The position numbers and the translations under genes are program-made. From NCBI GenBank assembly GCA_002269645.1, contig NIVC01000794.1, forward strand, positions 104,008 through 168,007: a stretch of 64,000 bases of DNA, given 5' to 3'. The first letter of the stretch is position 1. Each line of letters starts with the position of its first letter. Below are positions 19,998-37,951 of this stretch, piece by piece. Below the pieces are notes generated by a model. It had not been told where the DNA came from and ran no database searches. It was given only the letters and a program-made list of their open reading frames with translations. The stretch is from Macrostomum lignano. Taxonomy: Eukaryota.

Positions 19998-22900
19998 TTA
20001 CTGCAGCTTCAGGGTCACCCGGTGCAGCTCGGGCAGCAGGCGGACTCCGGGCACGGAGAAGATGGACGCCGCTGACGAGGTTGAAAATGAGAGACAGAAA
20101 CATTGTTTCTCTTGTGAGATGAATTTGAGATCTGATAAAGTTTTTTGCTGCGGATTTTTTGCACGCACTGGCAAAAGCGTGTCTGCGTACTTTTGTCACA
20201 GTAGTGCAGAGGCACAAGCGTGTCTGTGTACTTTTGTCACAGTAGTGCAGAGGCACAAGCGTGTCTGTGTACTTTTGTCACAGTAGTGCAGAGGCACAAG
20301 CGTGTCTGCGTACTTTTGTCACAGTAGTGCAGAGGCACAAGCGTGTCTGCGTACTTTTGTCACAGTAGTGCAGAGGCACAAGCGTGTCTGTGTACTTTTG
20401 TCACAGTAGTGCAGAGGCACAAGCGTGTCTGCGTACTTTTGTCACAGTAGTGCAGAGGCACAGGCGTGTCTGTGTACTTTTGTCACAGTAGTGCAGAGGC
20501 ACAAGCGCAAGCTTTAGCTGGTACAAGAGCACGGGAAAAACTGCTAAGCTCTGGCAAAAGCGAGAAATTTTGCATGTTTCCTTCCCCTCAGACTCGTCAT
20601 CATGCTGTGCTCAGTCAGTCTCAGCCTGCCTGTCTCCTTCCCCTCAGACTCCATCATGCTGTGCTCAGTCAGTCTCAGCCCGCCTGTAACTATGTAACAC
20701 CTCTAACTATGCACCTCTGTCATTGTGCACCTCTGTCACTGCGCACCTCTGTCACTGCGCACCTCTGTCACTATGCATGTTATTGTGCACCTCTGTCACT
20801 GCGCACCTCTGTCACTGCGCACCTCTGTCACTGCGCACCTCTGTCACTATGCATGTCATTGTGCACCTCTGTCACTGCCGCAACTCTGTCACTATGCACC
20901 TCAGCCGCTACTTAAAAATGTACTGCAAAACAATGAGCTCCCGTCTCGGCAATGTCCTTTTCAGAAAATTCTAGCCTTCAATTAAACTTTCTTTAACTTT
21001 GAAGTGCTTATTGACTACCAGCGGTCCTTGTCGCGATGAAATCAAGAGAGCAGTGCCCAGTGCTCACCGGGGTCCAGGCACACCAGCTCTGCCGGCAGGC
21101 TATGAAAGAAGGCGTGTCGAAGCGCGGCCGCCGCCGTCAGCCGCCTCTGCGGCCGCAGCTGCAGGCAGGCCAGCGCCAGGGCCTCGGCATGCGCCACGGA
21201 TTGAAGCCGCGGTGCCGACTGCCGCAGGCGGTGGGCCACCCGGGCGTCCGGGGCGGACTGCTCCGGCCGGCCCGTTACCTGAGTATCAGGGGTCAAGTCC
21301 GGTTAAGACAAGTCCAAGTACTTTCTCTCTTAGGTCCAAGTTCTAATCAATGAGACCAAAGTCAGGCCGGGTCAGGCCGGGTCAGGCCGGGTCAGGCCGG
21401 GTCAGGCCGGGTCAGGCCGGGTCAGGCCGGGTCAGGCCGGGTCAGGCCGGGTCAGGCCGGGTCAGGCCGGGTCAGGCCGGGTCAGGCCGGGTCAGGCCGG
21501 GTCAGGCCGAGTCAGGCCGGGTCAGGCCGGGTCAGGCCGGGTCAGGCCATACAACCAGCCTCCGTCATCGCAGCGCCTCACCCTGAAGATCTCCTCCAGC
21601 TGGTCCTCAGCGCTGTGCGCCCCCGGGAACAGAGCGGCCCCGGACAGCATTTCGGCGTGGATGCAGCCGACGGCCCACATGTCCAGCGAGGCGGAGTATC
21701 GAGTGCCACCCAGCAGCACCTCGGGCGGACGATACCACAGCGTGACGATCTCGGAGCTGTAGCTGCGGCTCGGCACCGTCTGAGCCCTGGCCAGGCCGAA
21801 GTCGGCCAGCTTGAGCTCCCCGATAGCCGAGATGAGGAGATTTTGCGGCTTCAAATCCCGGTGCAGTATGCGCCTGCGGTGGCAGAACTCGAGGCCTCGG
21901 AGCAGTTGGAATAAAAATAGCTGGGCAGGAGGTCATCAGATTTTGGAGATTGATTTGGATTTAGATGTGTCAAATAGATGCAGTATATCACTAGATGGTT
22001 CAATAGATGCAGCAGGTCCCTGGGTGTGTCTATAGATGCAGCAGGTCCCTGGGTGTTTCTATAGATGCAGCAGGTCCCTGGGTGTGTCTATAGATGCAGC
22101 AGGTCCCTGGGTGTTTCTATCGATGCAGCAGGTCCCTGGGTGTGTCTATAGATGCAGCAGGTCCCTGGGTGTGTCTATAGATGCAGCAGGTCCCTGGGTG
22201 TGTCTATAGATGCAGCAGGTCCCTGGGTGTGTCTATAGATGCAGCAGGTCCCTGGGTGTGTCTATAGATGCAGCAGGTCCCTGGGTGTGTCTATAGATGC
22301 AGTAGGTCCCTGGGTGTGTCTATAGATGCAGCAGGTCCCTGGGTGTGTCTATAGATGCAGCAGGTCCCTGGGTGTGTCTATAGATGCAGCAGGTCCCTGG
22401 GTGTGTCTATAGATGCAGTAGGTCCCTGGGTGTGTCTATAGATGCAGTAGGTCCCTGGGTGTGTCTATAGATGCAGCAGGTCCCTGGGTGTGTCTATAGA
22501 TGCAGTAGGTCCCTGGGTGTGTCTATAGATGCAGCAGGTCCCTGGGTGTGTCTATAGATGCAGTAGGTCCCTGGGTGTGTCTATAGATGCAGCAGGTCCC
22601 TGGGTGTGTCTATAGATGCAGCAGGTCCCTGGGTGTGTCTATAGATGCAGCAGGTCCCTGGGTGTGTCTATAGATGCAGCAGGTCCCTGGGTGTGTCTAT
22701 AGATGCAGTAGGTCCCTGGGTGTGTCTATGGATGCAGTAGGTCCCTGGGTGTGTCTATAGATGCAGTAGGTCCCTAATACGAGTAGCTGTGTCGCTAGCT
22801 TGGATTATACAGACACTAGATCAGTCCTATGTCTATTTTTGTCTATTATAAAATGATAGTACAGTTAGGCCGTACCTTTGCGTTGTGGGCCCTGAGCCCT

Positions 22901-23847
22901 CCGGAGTGCTTCTCCAGGTATTTGCTGAGGTCCTGCGGCTGCATTCGTACAGTCGGGGTTGTGTTGTGTTGCTGCTTGCATTAATTTGAGATCGTCAACA
23001 GGGCAATAAAGTTATTAAACCCACTCACCACGTATTCGAACACGAAGGTCAAATTCATCTCCGTGTGTATGATGTCGTGCAGTGTGACTATGTTTGCGTG
23101 CTTTAAGCCTTTCAGCAGGGAGGCTGGAATAAAAAAAATCCCCATAGTTACTGAGACACTACTTGAGGCAGGCTCTAGCAAGTAGCAAATGCGGCGCGTT
23201 TTGCCTATTTTTTCTCACCTTCCCTGATGGCAGTGAACGGAGCGCCCTCCTCGCGTTGCAGTCGAATGTCTTTCAGAGCCACTATTGAGTTGTTCACTCT
23301 TGAATGCAGATGGGAGTGCAGATTACAATTATCGCTAACACATTACAAAGCTCCCGAGTTCGAGTCGGCGGCGCGGCCACTCTTGGATGGGGAATCATAC
23401 AAGAGAGGTCAAGGGGTCATCTGCCCCATCCCGTGGAAATAAGGGGAGGGTCACGTTTCCTGGAAAATCCACGCCTGCGGCGCTAAAATGGAGCTAAAAT
23501 ATTATGGTCAGTGGGGCTCGTGCCGCCCCAGTCACCAGCCAAGGCAAAGCTTTCAGCGGGCACCCACCGAGACACGCCTTTAAAGACGGTGGCGTAGCTG
23601 CCCTCGCCAAGCACCTCCAGCCGCTGGTACGAGTCCGACCTGCCGAATCCGCAGCACTCGCCGCCTCCGCAGTCAAGGGCGGACCTGGGTCGGCGGACGG
23701 CCGCAGTCTTCTGCTTCTGCGCGGCGGCATTGCTGCCTGAGGCAGCCTCGGGTGATGCCGGCTGAATGGTGACAGCTGACGCAGCTGCGGCTGCCACGCT
23801 GCCGGCTGAGCGGTGCCGGCGGAGCGGCTGGCCGAGGCGGGCGAAAG
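19998..23847 (-). CDS. CDK14: PFTAIRE cyclin-dependent kinase (CDK14/15, Eip63E-like), seven exons
   Basis: GT-AG, phase-consistent exons: 23847-23568 ([21 protein letters not shown]), 23298-23219 ([21 protein letters not shown]), 23123-23029 ([15 protein letters not shown]), 22938-22876, 21920-21582 ([25 protein letters not shown]), 21278-21068, 20071-19998 ([13 protein letters not shown]...TAA). Confidence 0.92.
20177..20504. repeat. 41-bp minisatellite, 8 copies (CDK14 last intron)
   Basis: Unit GCGTGTCTG(C/T)GTACTTTTGTCACAGTAGTGCAGAGGCACAA. Confidence 0.95.
20712..20895. repeat. About 16-bp GCACCTCTGTCACT repeat
   Basis: Direct reading. Confidence 0.85.
21360..21548. repeat. 10-bp (GTCAGGCCGG)n, about 19 copies, intronic
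   Basis: Direct reading. Confidence 0.95.
22002..22775. repeat. 29-bp minisatellite, about 26 copies, intronic
   Basis: Unit TAGATGCAG(C/T)AGGTCCCTGGGTGTGTCTA. Confidence 0.95.
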
Positions 23848-23989
23848 CTGCGGTGAATTGAAGAGTTGTACACTGGGATTCCCGGAATTTTCAGAGAGGA
23901 TGTTAGGGATTCCTAGGGAATCCATGAATTGTGGATTCTTAGCCTTCTAGGGAATTCCCGGGCGATTTTTGAGCGGGGGTTCCCTTGAT

Positions 23990-24370
23990 AATTCTTGACT
24001 GGGAATTCCCTTGAAGATTCTTGACTAGGGATTTCCTGGATGATTATTGACTGGGGATTCCCCTGACGATTCTTGACTGGGGGTTCCCTTGATGATTAAT
24101 TACTGGGGATTTCCTTGTTGATTCTTGACTGGGGATTCCCTTGTTGATTCTTGACTGGGGATTCCCTTGTTGATTCTTGACTGGGGATTCCCTTGATGAT
24201 TATTGACTGGGAATTCCCCTGATAATTATTGACTGGGGATTCCCCTGACGATTCTTGACTGGGGATTCCCCTAATGATTCTTGACTGGGAATTCCCTTGA
24301 TGATTCTTGACTGGGGATTTCCTGGATGATTATTGACTGCGGATTCCCATAGGAATTATTGATTGGGGAT
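23990..24370. repeat. About 24-bp degenerate minisatellite
   Basis: Unit similar to TTCTTGACTGGGGATTCCCTTGATGA. Confidence 0.85.
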
Positions 24371-24818
24371 TCCCCTGTTGACTGGGTGGGTTGATGGGAG
24401 TTCCTTGAGTGTATATCCTGGGAGTTATTCGTGTTGCTGAGTATTCAATGACTGATTGTTCTTGTGATTCTCTAAGTTAAGCTAGGTATTCCCTAGGTGC
24501 CCCTGAAAATTCCCCTCATATATTTTTGGAATATCCTGGGTAATACCGGGTAAGTTCCAGAGCTTCCGTATCGATCATTTTAAAATTGCGTGAGCGAGAA
24601 CAGCTCAGGCCTCTCGTACCGCAGCATATTGGGATTATTATAAGCTTTGGGATGCAGGCCTCGAGTGCACTGCAATCAATCAGGTGGCAGCAGCCGAAGA
24701 AACAAGAAGGGACAGCAGGAAGCACAGAAAGTTCCACTTCAATTCGGCAGCAGAAATTCGAGACTCAGATAGATTTGGATCATTTCCCGCCTGGCCAAGC
24801 TGAGGTAAGACTGCCCTC

Positions 24819-29699
<4,881 letters not shown>

Positions 29700-29702
<3 letters not shown>

Positions 29703-32700
29703 GCTTGCTCATGCTGCACCTACCTTCTAGCGGTAGCAAGCACAGACCGCACGCCTCGACAAAAAGAGAGCAGCAAATGCAAAGGAGGCCAAAACAGATG
29801 TAAAAATCTGCAGCGGCTGATGCACTCTAACATCAAAAACTCATTGTCAAAGAGCGGTGACGTGGAGTGGAACCCGGGGCCCGAAGACCTGGCCCAAAAG
29901 GAGACGATAACAAAAAATAAATGCAGGCGAGGAAAGCAAGAATGGTCACCAGAAAAGAGAAAACAGGACCGCGAAAGTAAAAGAACACGACGGAAGAAAA
30001 TCAGAACCGAAAACCTAAGGAAAGAACCGACAGAGAAGGTACAAATAGTGACCTGGAACCTACAGAAGATGTCGCTAAGAGAAAACAACCGAAGGAAACT
30101 ACGAGAAGTGGCGGCTTACTGCAACAAAAGGCACTGGAACATAGTACTGGTGTCAGAAATAACGGCAGAACAACCCGGAATGATATGGATGGGAGAAGGA
30201 AAAAATGGCGTGGTCATAATCCACTCGAAGAGAGCAGCAATACTCCTAGGACGCCAATGGAGACAACAGTGGATGGGCCAAGGACATCAACGATTTTTCG
30301 GCGAAAGAACGGTCACGGTCAAAGTCAACAACTTACATCTAACAGCATGTTACACCCACTTATGGAAAGACGGACCGGAAGTGATGGAAGACTACAGAAA
30401 GGAACTAGAAGAATCAATGAGGAAATGCAAAACTAATGAATGGCTACTAATCGGTGGAGATCACAACATGTAAGTTGGAAAGAACGAACAGGAAAAATGG
30501 GAACCAGGAACCTGTGGCAGATTCAGCCTAAACAAAACCAACGAAGCAGGCAACGACTTCCTGGCTTGGTGCCAACACCATGGGCTAGCCTGGACAAACT
30601 CGTTCTACATGATGCCCCGCAGAGACACATGGTACCATAGAGGACACAAGAAGTGGCACGAAATAGACGGCTTCATCACCAGACGAACCCAAAGAATGAA
30701 GCTAATTCAAGCGATGGAGACAATCGAACAGGATAGCTTCTCCGACCATTGACCGAAGCTCGTGCACATCAAAGGAAATAAACCACCGAAACCGGTGCGG
30801 CGAAACAACCGCCCGCGCAACGTATGCTACGAAAAGCTTAAGATTCCGGAGATAGCCAAAGAATACGAAGCAAGAACAGCAGAAGAAACAGAAAGACGGC
30901 AAGGAGAGACGACATGGGACTAAATGAACGAAACGCTGCGCAAATCAGCAGAAATAGTCTGCGGCATCAAAGAGAAACCAATGGAGTCTCCCTGGCTGAT
31001 AGGCAAAGAAAACGAGATGACGCAATATCTTCAACGGATATCATCCTGGGTACAAGAGGCGAGGCAAACTGAGAACAACCGAGACTCAAACCGAGAGACG
31101 TACGAACGGGCCAGAGAGGAGCTAAAGAAAGTGAAGAAAGAATATAAGAAAAAGAAGAAACAATGGGAACGAGAATACTGGCAAGAGATTATCACCCAAG
31201 CGAACGAAGCGCAACAACGAAACGACATGGGCATGATGTATAAAACATTAAAGAAGCTCGGATTGAGGGATGCAAAACCGCTGCACCGAGCGAGATGCAT
31301 ACCCCGAAGTGAAAAAACACTTCATGAAAGTGTCTGAAGAGAGATATGAGAACGACATACAGGAGATCCAGGAAGCCATGGACCAGATACCAGACCGAAG
31401 AGAATGTGAACACATACGAGCAGCAGCCGAAGCGCTGAACGAAGAAATCACCAACGACGAAGTCCTTCAGAGAATGGACTAAGATCCAGGACGGCGCACC
31501 CGGAGAAGATGGGATAAGAATCTGTTATATCAGACAAGCTGACCCACAGACAAAGCAAGAGGTCGCCAACCTGATCAAAAAAATGTTTATCACCCCACAT
31601 GACGAATGAGAAGAATGTCTAAAAAGCGGTCTGGTGATCCCACTATTCAAAAAAGGAGACCACACCAACCTGAGTAACTATAGAGGAATCTGCCTCCTAT
31701 CGATGGAATCGAGGATTCTCGCCCGCGTCCTAGCGACACGACTACGCACGTGGGCGGAAGAAACCGGTCTCCTGGATGAAAACCAACAGGGTTTTAGAAC
31801 CGAGCGATCGACGGCAGACGCCGCCCAAATCTTCATCCGGATCAACGAAGAGGTCCAGAATGCCTACCTAGCAGCAGGCGAACCAGCACCGACACCCCAA
31901 GATCCTGTCGCCACGCTCCTGGACATCACCAAAGCCTACCCTAGAGTGAATAAACCACTCCTGTAGACAATGCTAACCAAGTACGGATTAAACGGGAGAA
32001 TGTTGCGCACCCTGAAGGGACTGCACGAAGGCACCTCCTACGAAATAAGAGGGAAAACCTTATGCAGCACGCCATGGCTACCCGAACGCGGACTGAGAGA
32101 AGGGTGCGCGACATCTCCGACGCTGTTCAACATATATCACGCAACCACCATGAGAATGGCGCACCAAAAACGACTTGCGGCGGCAAGACTGCAAAACCAG
32201 GAACCCGTGGGAATCGAATGGCAATGGATCCCAGGGTGCTCAGTCCCACCCCAGAAGGTAGAAAGAGCAAGGGACAGCACAGCAAGGACCGACTTCACCA
32301 TCACGGAATCACTCTTCGCGGACGACACCACTTTGTGCGGACGCAGAGAAGAGATGCAACTGGCGAGGGACACGACAGTCCAATGCATGGCAACATTCGA
32401 GGAAAAATGCCACCCAGACAAAGAGGAACACCTGAAATTCGGAAAAAGTGAGGCGAACGAAATCAGAATGCTAGGCAGCTACATTGGCCGCAGCTATGAC
32501 CTGAAGCAACGAGCCCAACGAATGAGAAAGGCCGGTTACGTGGTCCAACGGAGATTAAAACACTCCAGAGACATCGAGAACAGAGACAAGAGGAGAAGTG
32601 CCCAAGATGCGGAGACATCCTAAACAACAAGGCCAGCGAGACGAACCACCTTAAGATCTGCAAAGGCGCCCCGAAAGGGACTTGCCCGTACTGTCTCCAG

Positions 32701-32940
32701 CCCAGGAGCGCCAGCAACATGGCGAGGCACATACGCACCTGTGCACAGTACAATGACCTACAAACAGGGTACGAACAAGAGGAAGAGAACCAAGACGCCG
32801 ACACGACGGACAGGCCTGAACCAACCGACGCACCGAGAAGAGCGAAGATTGCTTGCCCAGGTTGCAACAAGAGCATCTCGAAGACAAATATAGCAAGACA
32901 CCGAAAAGTCTGCACCGCGGAACCGACTCAAAACCAATGA
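29700..32940 (+). mobile_element. Degraded non-LTR retrotransposon (APE + RT, RTE/Ingi-like) with 2A peptide and C-terminal zinc fingers
   Basis: APE motifs IVTWN, VSEI, GGDHN, SDH; RT motifs PLFKKGD, NYRGICLLS, QQGFR, LDITKAY, GLREGCATSPTLFN, LFADD; CPYC..RHIRTC and CPGC..RHRKVC; many stops and frameshifts; part of the RT C-terminus appears deleted. Confidence 0.9.
29859..29882 (+). other. 2A-like StopGo motif DVEWNPGP
   Basis: In frame with the LINE ORF (SKSGDVEWNPGP); matches the D(V/I)ExNPGP consensus. Confidence 0.85.
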
Positions 32941-33332
32941 GTGACATGCCTCTTAGGAGGTCGAATGGCCCTACAAGGACAAGGACAGTGGATTGAAGAG
33001 TAAAGGTTTCGTACTGATTGTACGTCTGTACTTTTACTTATACTCGTGCTTCGCCTAGTGGACCTGCCACCCTCCGCGCCTCACGCCACCTTTTCTCACC
33101 GCCTCCATATTGATTTGTTATAACGTACATTGCAAGTCATGCACACTTACAACCCCCCGCTAAAGCCTGTGTCAACACCGCCATATATTATATTGAGAAT
33201 AAATATACCTAGCTCAAGAGTAGACTGCGCGACCCCCTTCTTTGGATTTTGTTGTCTAGCTACAATCGCAAGTGCAAGGCTAGCCGCCAAGTGCTGAGTT
33301 CTCAGTTCTTAAGAATCTCTTGTTAACAGACA

Positions 33333-33559
<227 letters not shown>

Positions 33560-33588
33560 AACTCGCCGTGACCTAGATAGCCACTTAC

Positions 33589-33727
33589 TGATCCGCAGTC
33601 GTAGCAGCTGCTGCTGCCTCTCTGCAGCTCGTCCCACGTCGCCGCCTCCGTCTCTCCCCATAACCCGATGGCAGGAGCTGCGATCCGCTGAACGACTTCG
33701 ATTCGTGCCGATGCCGGCGTCCAGAGT
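33589..33727 (-). CDS. Candidate upstream CDK14 exon
   Basis: TTTCTCCAG acceptor and A/GTAAGT donor; 139 bp, phase 0 to 1, joins exon 23847 in frame (..QQQLLRLRI-T-FARLG..). Confidence 0.55.
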
Positions 33728-35434
33728 CTGGAGAAAGTGCAAGCGGTCGGACTAAACAAAGTTGCCCCCGTCGCCATCCAATTTGAATTGGATCAAATTG
33801 AAGCTTCCCAGCGCTTAAAGTGGATTTATTTTACAAAAAACTCCCAGACCCCCTGACGAGCGCCGCCACCACCAACAACTGCGGGCCACCGGAGCCTCTC
33901 GAGGCCACCCCCAGGGGAGCCGCCCGAATGCAAATGCATCTGGCGGGCCGAAAATCGCCCCAGGAGCGGGCACAGCGGGCGGCGGGGGAAGGGGAGAGAC
34001 GGCCAGTTGCGAATGCCCGCCACCTTATTTCATATCGGACATGGCAACTGTTGCCATTGGGGGTCGCGGGCGGATAGATGATGAAAGTCCGAAGCGGCTG
34101 GAAGTCCCGCCATCGACAGCCTCCTCTGAGGCTGCTCCCCCCCGCCCGCCTTCGGTCGCGCACTTCAGCGCGGATAAACGTCGCGCGCCCTTGAAGCAAA
34201 GAAAAATTCTAAGCGAGACGACAAGGGCGGCCCGGCTTAATTACGGACGCGTCGGGGGGGGGGGCTTTTACTCTTCGCTGGACAGAGGGGATCAGGACCT
34301 GCATAATGTCCCGATCCCACTGGACCGCCGGCCCCCTGGCCTCGGGCGAAAGTCCAACACCCCCGGAGCCTGGCGTAGATTTCTTGCATGGGATTTTTCT
34401 AAATCTAGAATGGGATTCTGTTGTGGCAAGGAGATAACGCTGTCTCTTACGAATCGAGCGGCTTTCATTTCTTTTTTGTTAATCCTTCGGTGATAAAAAT
34501 GACATTTGGGATTTTCGAATGCGATTTTTAGCGTCATCAGCCATTTTTTATCTTCTTAGGTCTTGTTAGTATCTTATGCCTGAATGTATTTTGTTGTGAC
34601 TTGCTTGCAGACTGGCGTTCTGTGCCTGCTTGGTTACTTGGTTTCCTTACTCTGGATGCTGTCCCTTGGGGTGGGGCGGATTTCAGATATGGTGAGGGTC
34701 AGGTATGGTGGGTGTCAGATATGGTGGGCGTCAAATATGGTGGGTGTCAGATATGGTGAGTGTCAGATATGGTGGGTGTCAGATATGGTGGGCGTCAAAT
34801 ATGGTGGGTGTCAGATATGGTGGGCGTCAAATATGGTGAGTGTCAGATATGGTGGGCGTCAGATATGGTGGGGTGTCAGATATGATGTCTGTCAGATATG
34901 ATGTCTGTCAGATATGATGTCTATCAGATATGATGAGTGTCAGATATGGTGAGTGTCAGATATGGTGAGTGTCAGATATGATGTCTGTCAGATATGATGA
35001 GTGTCAGATATGGTGAGTGTCAGATATGGTGGGTGGCAGATATGGTGAGTGTCAGATATGGTGGGGGTCAGATATGGTGGGTGTCAGATATGGTGGGGGT
35101 CAGATATGGTGAGTGTCAGATATGGTGGTTGTCAGATATGGTGGGTGTCAGACATGGTGGGTGTCAGATGGTGTCTGTCAGATATGGTGGGCGTCAGATA
35201 TGGTGGGGTGTCAGATATGATGTCTGTCAGATATGATGAGTGTCAGATATGGTGAGTGTCAGATATGATGAGTGTCAGATATGGTGAGTGTCAGATATGA
35301 TGAGTGTCAGATATGATGAGTGTCAGATATGATGAGTGTCAGATATGATGAGTGTCAGGTATGGTGAGTGTCAGATATGATGAGTGTCAGATATGGTGAG
35401 TGTCAGGTATGGTGGGCGTCAGATATGATGGGGT

Positions 35435-37951
35435 CACGGACTACTTAATTGTCGTTTATATAGGACGCAACACGCACGATTCGTGTAATTTTTTTTGGAG
35501 GCTGAATTTCCCTTAGCGTATACTATAGATTTAGCAGGGCATTGAAATGTTTTTATCATAGAATGCAGATCTTTTTAGTTTTTAGAGTGTTTTTTGTTTT
35601 TGTCCCATTTTTTATCAATACATAATTTCCGTCTAGCTTAGTACTGTTTAGAAATGTATTGTTTATACATAGCTAGCCTAACCTAATTTAAATTAGAATT
35701 TGTATGTAGACCATAGGAGGCATAGGCCATCTATGCAAGTATACTTTTTGGAAATTTATCAACATTTGCTAGTCAGGGCCCACTGCTACTACCCTGGCGA
35801 TGATAAAATATAATGTAGCTATTTGTTATTACAGCATAGGGGCCTGAAGTATTTCATTATTAAACTATTAGGCATAGGCCTATACGGTCTATACCTACAT
35901 TATCTAGGTATAGGGCCTAGCTAACTATTGTATATCATTACCATTGGCATTAGTTGGTATTCTTGGTAAACCTATAAGCTATCTCTTCTATCTATTATTG
36001 ACTATCTATAAATATTTTTTTAGAAATTTTAAATAATTTGGATTATCTAATCTATACTTTAATAAGATTTAATAAGACTTTAATAAGACTATACTTTAGG
36101 GTATAGCCAGCTAGGCTTAGACTAAGATAATTTATAAAATATAGGCCTATTAATATAAGTATTTAACTTTATGTATTCTATTCTTATTAATCATTTTACT
36201 GGTAAACCTATATATTTTTTATGACTGATGTCAGTCTATTTATAATTATAGCCCTATGCTTCAAATATATATACTGCATTAATATTTTTGCTACAGAACT
36301 TATAGATATTTATGTTTTTAAGAACTTACTCATCTTATATTCTTTCAGAGGCATATAGGGCCTAAATTGTTTTAATCAGTTTTTCTGTTAATATATAGAA
36401 ATTCAATGGCGGCACAGTATCTCTGGTTAAGGGGGGGGGCAGCAGTTAGATGGTCACCCATGGAAGTATTGTATTCAGATGTCACAAAATATCCACTTTC
36501 AATTAAACTTACTTAATTAATAAATTCAATTTATCTCACTTCCAATTTAAATGTCATGCTAGGTATGAATAATATTATAAGTATTTACTTGTTTTATTTA
36601 GGTTGTGTATCATTAAGTATTCATGCTATGCAGCTATTTTCCTTATCCTTTTCAGGTGACTTTCAATTGGATGGTCTGGAGAAAGAATTCTCTATCTATA
36701 GGCAAGGCCATGGAGGTTGCTATTTTGTATACATGGAACAAATACTCGAGTGGTTGGCTTCCTCACAAACAAGTGTACACACATCTTAAGGAGGATGCTC
36801 CAGAACTGTTGTGACAATGAAGTGTCCAAGGCTGAGCTGTTACAACTGTCACTGTACTGCTGTTACAACAAGTAGCTAGTCCATATGGCACCTGCGAGAC
36901 TCTCTAAAAGGAGGTGTCAATTGTCTGTATAGATTTCTGCAAAGCTTTTAACTTCATCAGCCAGGTGGCTATTGTAATGCTTCTCCTGCAGCATGGAGTT
37001 CAGTTCTTTTGTATAGCTACTGTCCAGATGATCATGGACCTCTATAGTTTGTCCAAGACTTTAGTCTATATTTACCTACTACACCTGATCATTTGCCACC
37101 AACTCGTGTCCAGGTGCAAGATTGTGCACTTTATCCTCATTTCTATTTGTTATTCTTATTGACTACATGCATTTCATTCGGCTGGCTTTGCATGATGAAG
37201 ACCACTATGAGTGGTGCCTTGCCAGAACTGCGTACCGTTAGTTTTTTGATGCAATGTTATAGCAAGTTGTCTTGATACAATAGATCATTTTGTTGTAAAA
37301 TATTTCGTTGTACGCTTTTGTTGGATACTGTTTAAACTGCATGTTTTCGCATTTGCTTTCTACAAGAAACCTGCTAGCTATCTTATACCACTTTGATATA
37401 TACTTTTTGCATACATTTTAAAAAGGCCAATAATATTAATATGGCATAAAATATTGAATGGCTACTAAGACTCAAAATTCGTGTTCTTAAAATCTTTCGT
37501 CTTAGTTCGTCTTGACTCTATTTATCCGATACGATTGGCGCAGAATCAGTGGTATCTGTTATATGTCTGTACATCTTGCGATAGGTTTTCTTATGACCAG
37601 GTCAAAAAGGTCCGCTTCACAGTAACAATGAACAGCTAAAAGAATCACTTAAAATAAGTGCTATATCAAAATGAAGAGCTATATTTTGTGCTACAAATGC
37701 CGCACGTCGAGACTCGAAACTCACCAGAAAAAGTTAGTTTTCGTCGCTTAAAACTAATTTCTAAGGTTTCTGCATCGTTTTAATCATGCATTACATATGT
37801 TACATGAACAAGGACTAAATTATTTGTATCATGTGAAAAAACTACACTTCGGCGAGTTTCTGGAGTCGAGCTACATAAAATTGAATATTCAGCCTCCAAT
37901 AAAATTTGCACGTTTTGCGCGTGTCGCGTCCTTCTACTTAAGTAGTCCGTG
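35435..37951. mobile_element. Non-autonomous DNA transposon with 8-bp TSD (P- or hAT-like)
   Basis: TIR CACGGACTACTTAA...TTAAGTAGTCCGTG with further subterminal pairing (GGAGGCTGAAT); GATGGGGT duplicated at 35427-35434 and 37952-37959; AT-rich interior. Confidence 0.85.
36914..37000 (+). pseudogene. Old LINE reverse transcriptase fragment
   Basis: IVCIDFCKAFNFISQVAIVMLLLQHGV resembles the RT motif FxDFxKAFDSV...L..YG. Confidence 0.45.

Noticed and set aside
22724-22731. GTCTATGG copy in the 29-bp repeat (also 988, 16484, 51666, 61973)
   Set aside because: These are isolated copies: one is a single-base variant of the repeat unit and one encodes VYG in pPolB. A few copies are compatible with chance and have no adjacent YR gene.
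18242-22775. 29-, 36- and 41-bp repeats as CRISPR arrays
   Set aside because: Units are directly adjacent with no unique spacers, there are no cas genes, and the context is a eukaryotic gene with spliceosomal introns.
33116-33328. Solo LTR (TGTTA...TAACA, internal AATAAA)
   Set aside because: The ends fit, but the flanks (GATT versus GACA) give no TSD and there is no second copy in the window; it could be LINE 3' sequence.
33820-34500. GC-rich ORFs at 33.8-34.5 kb and 38.4-38.9 kb as genes
   Set aside because: Overlapping short ORFs on both strands with no domain or convincing splice chain; they may be promoter or UTR sequence.
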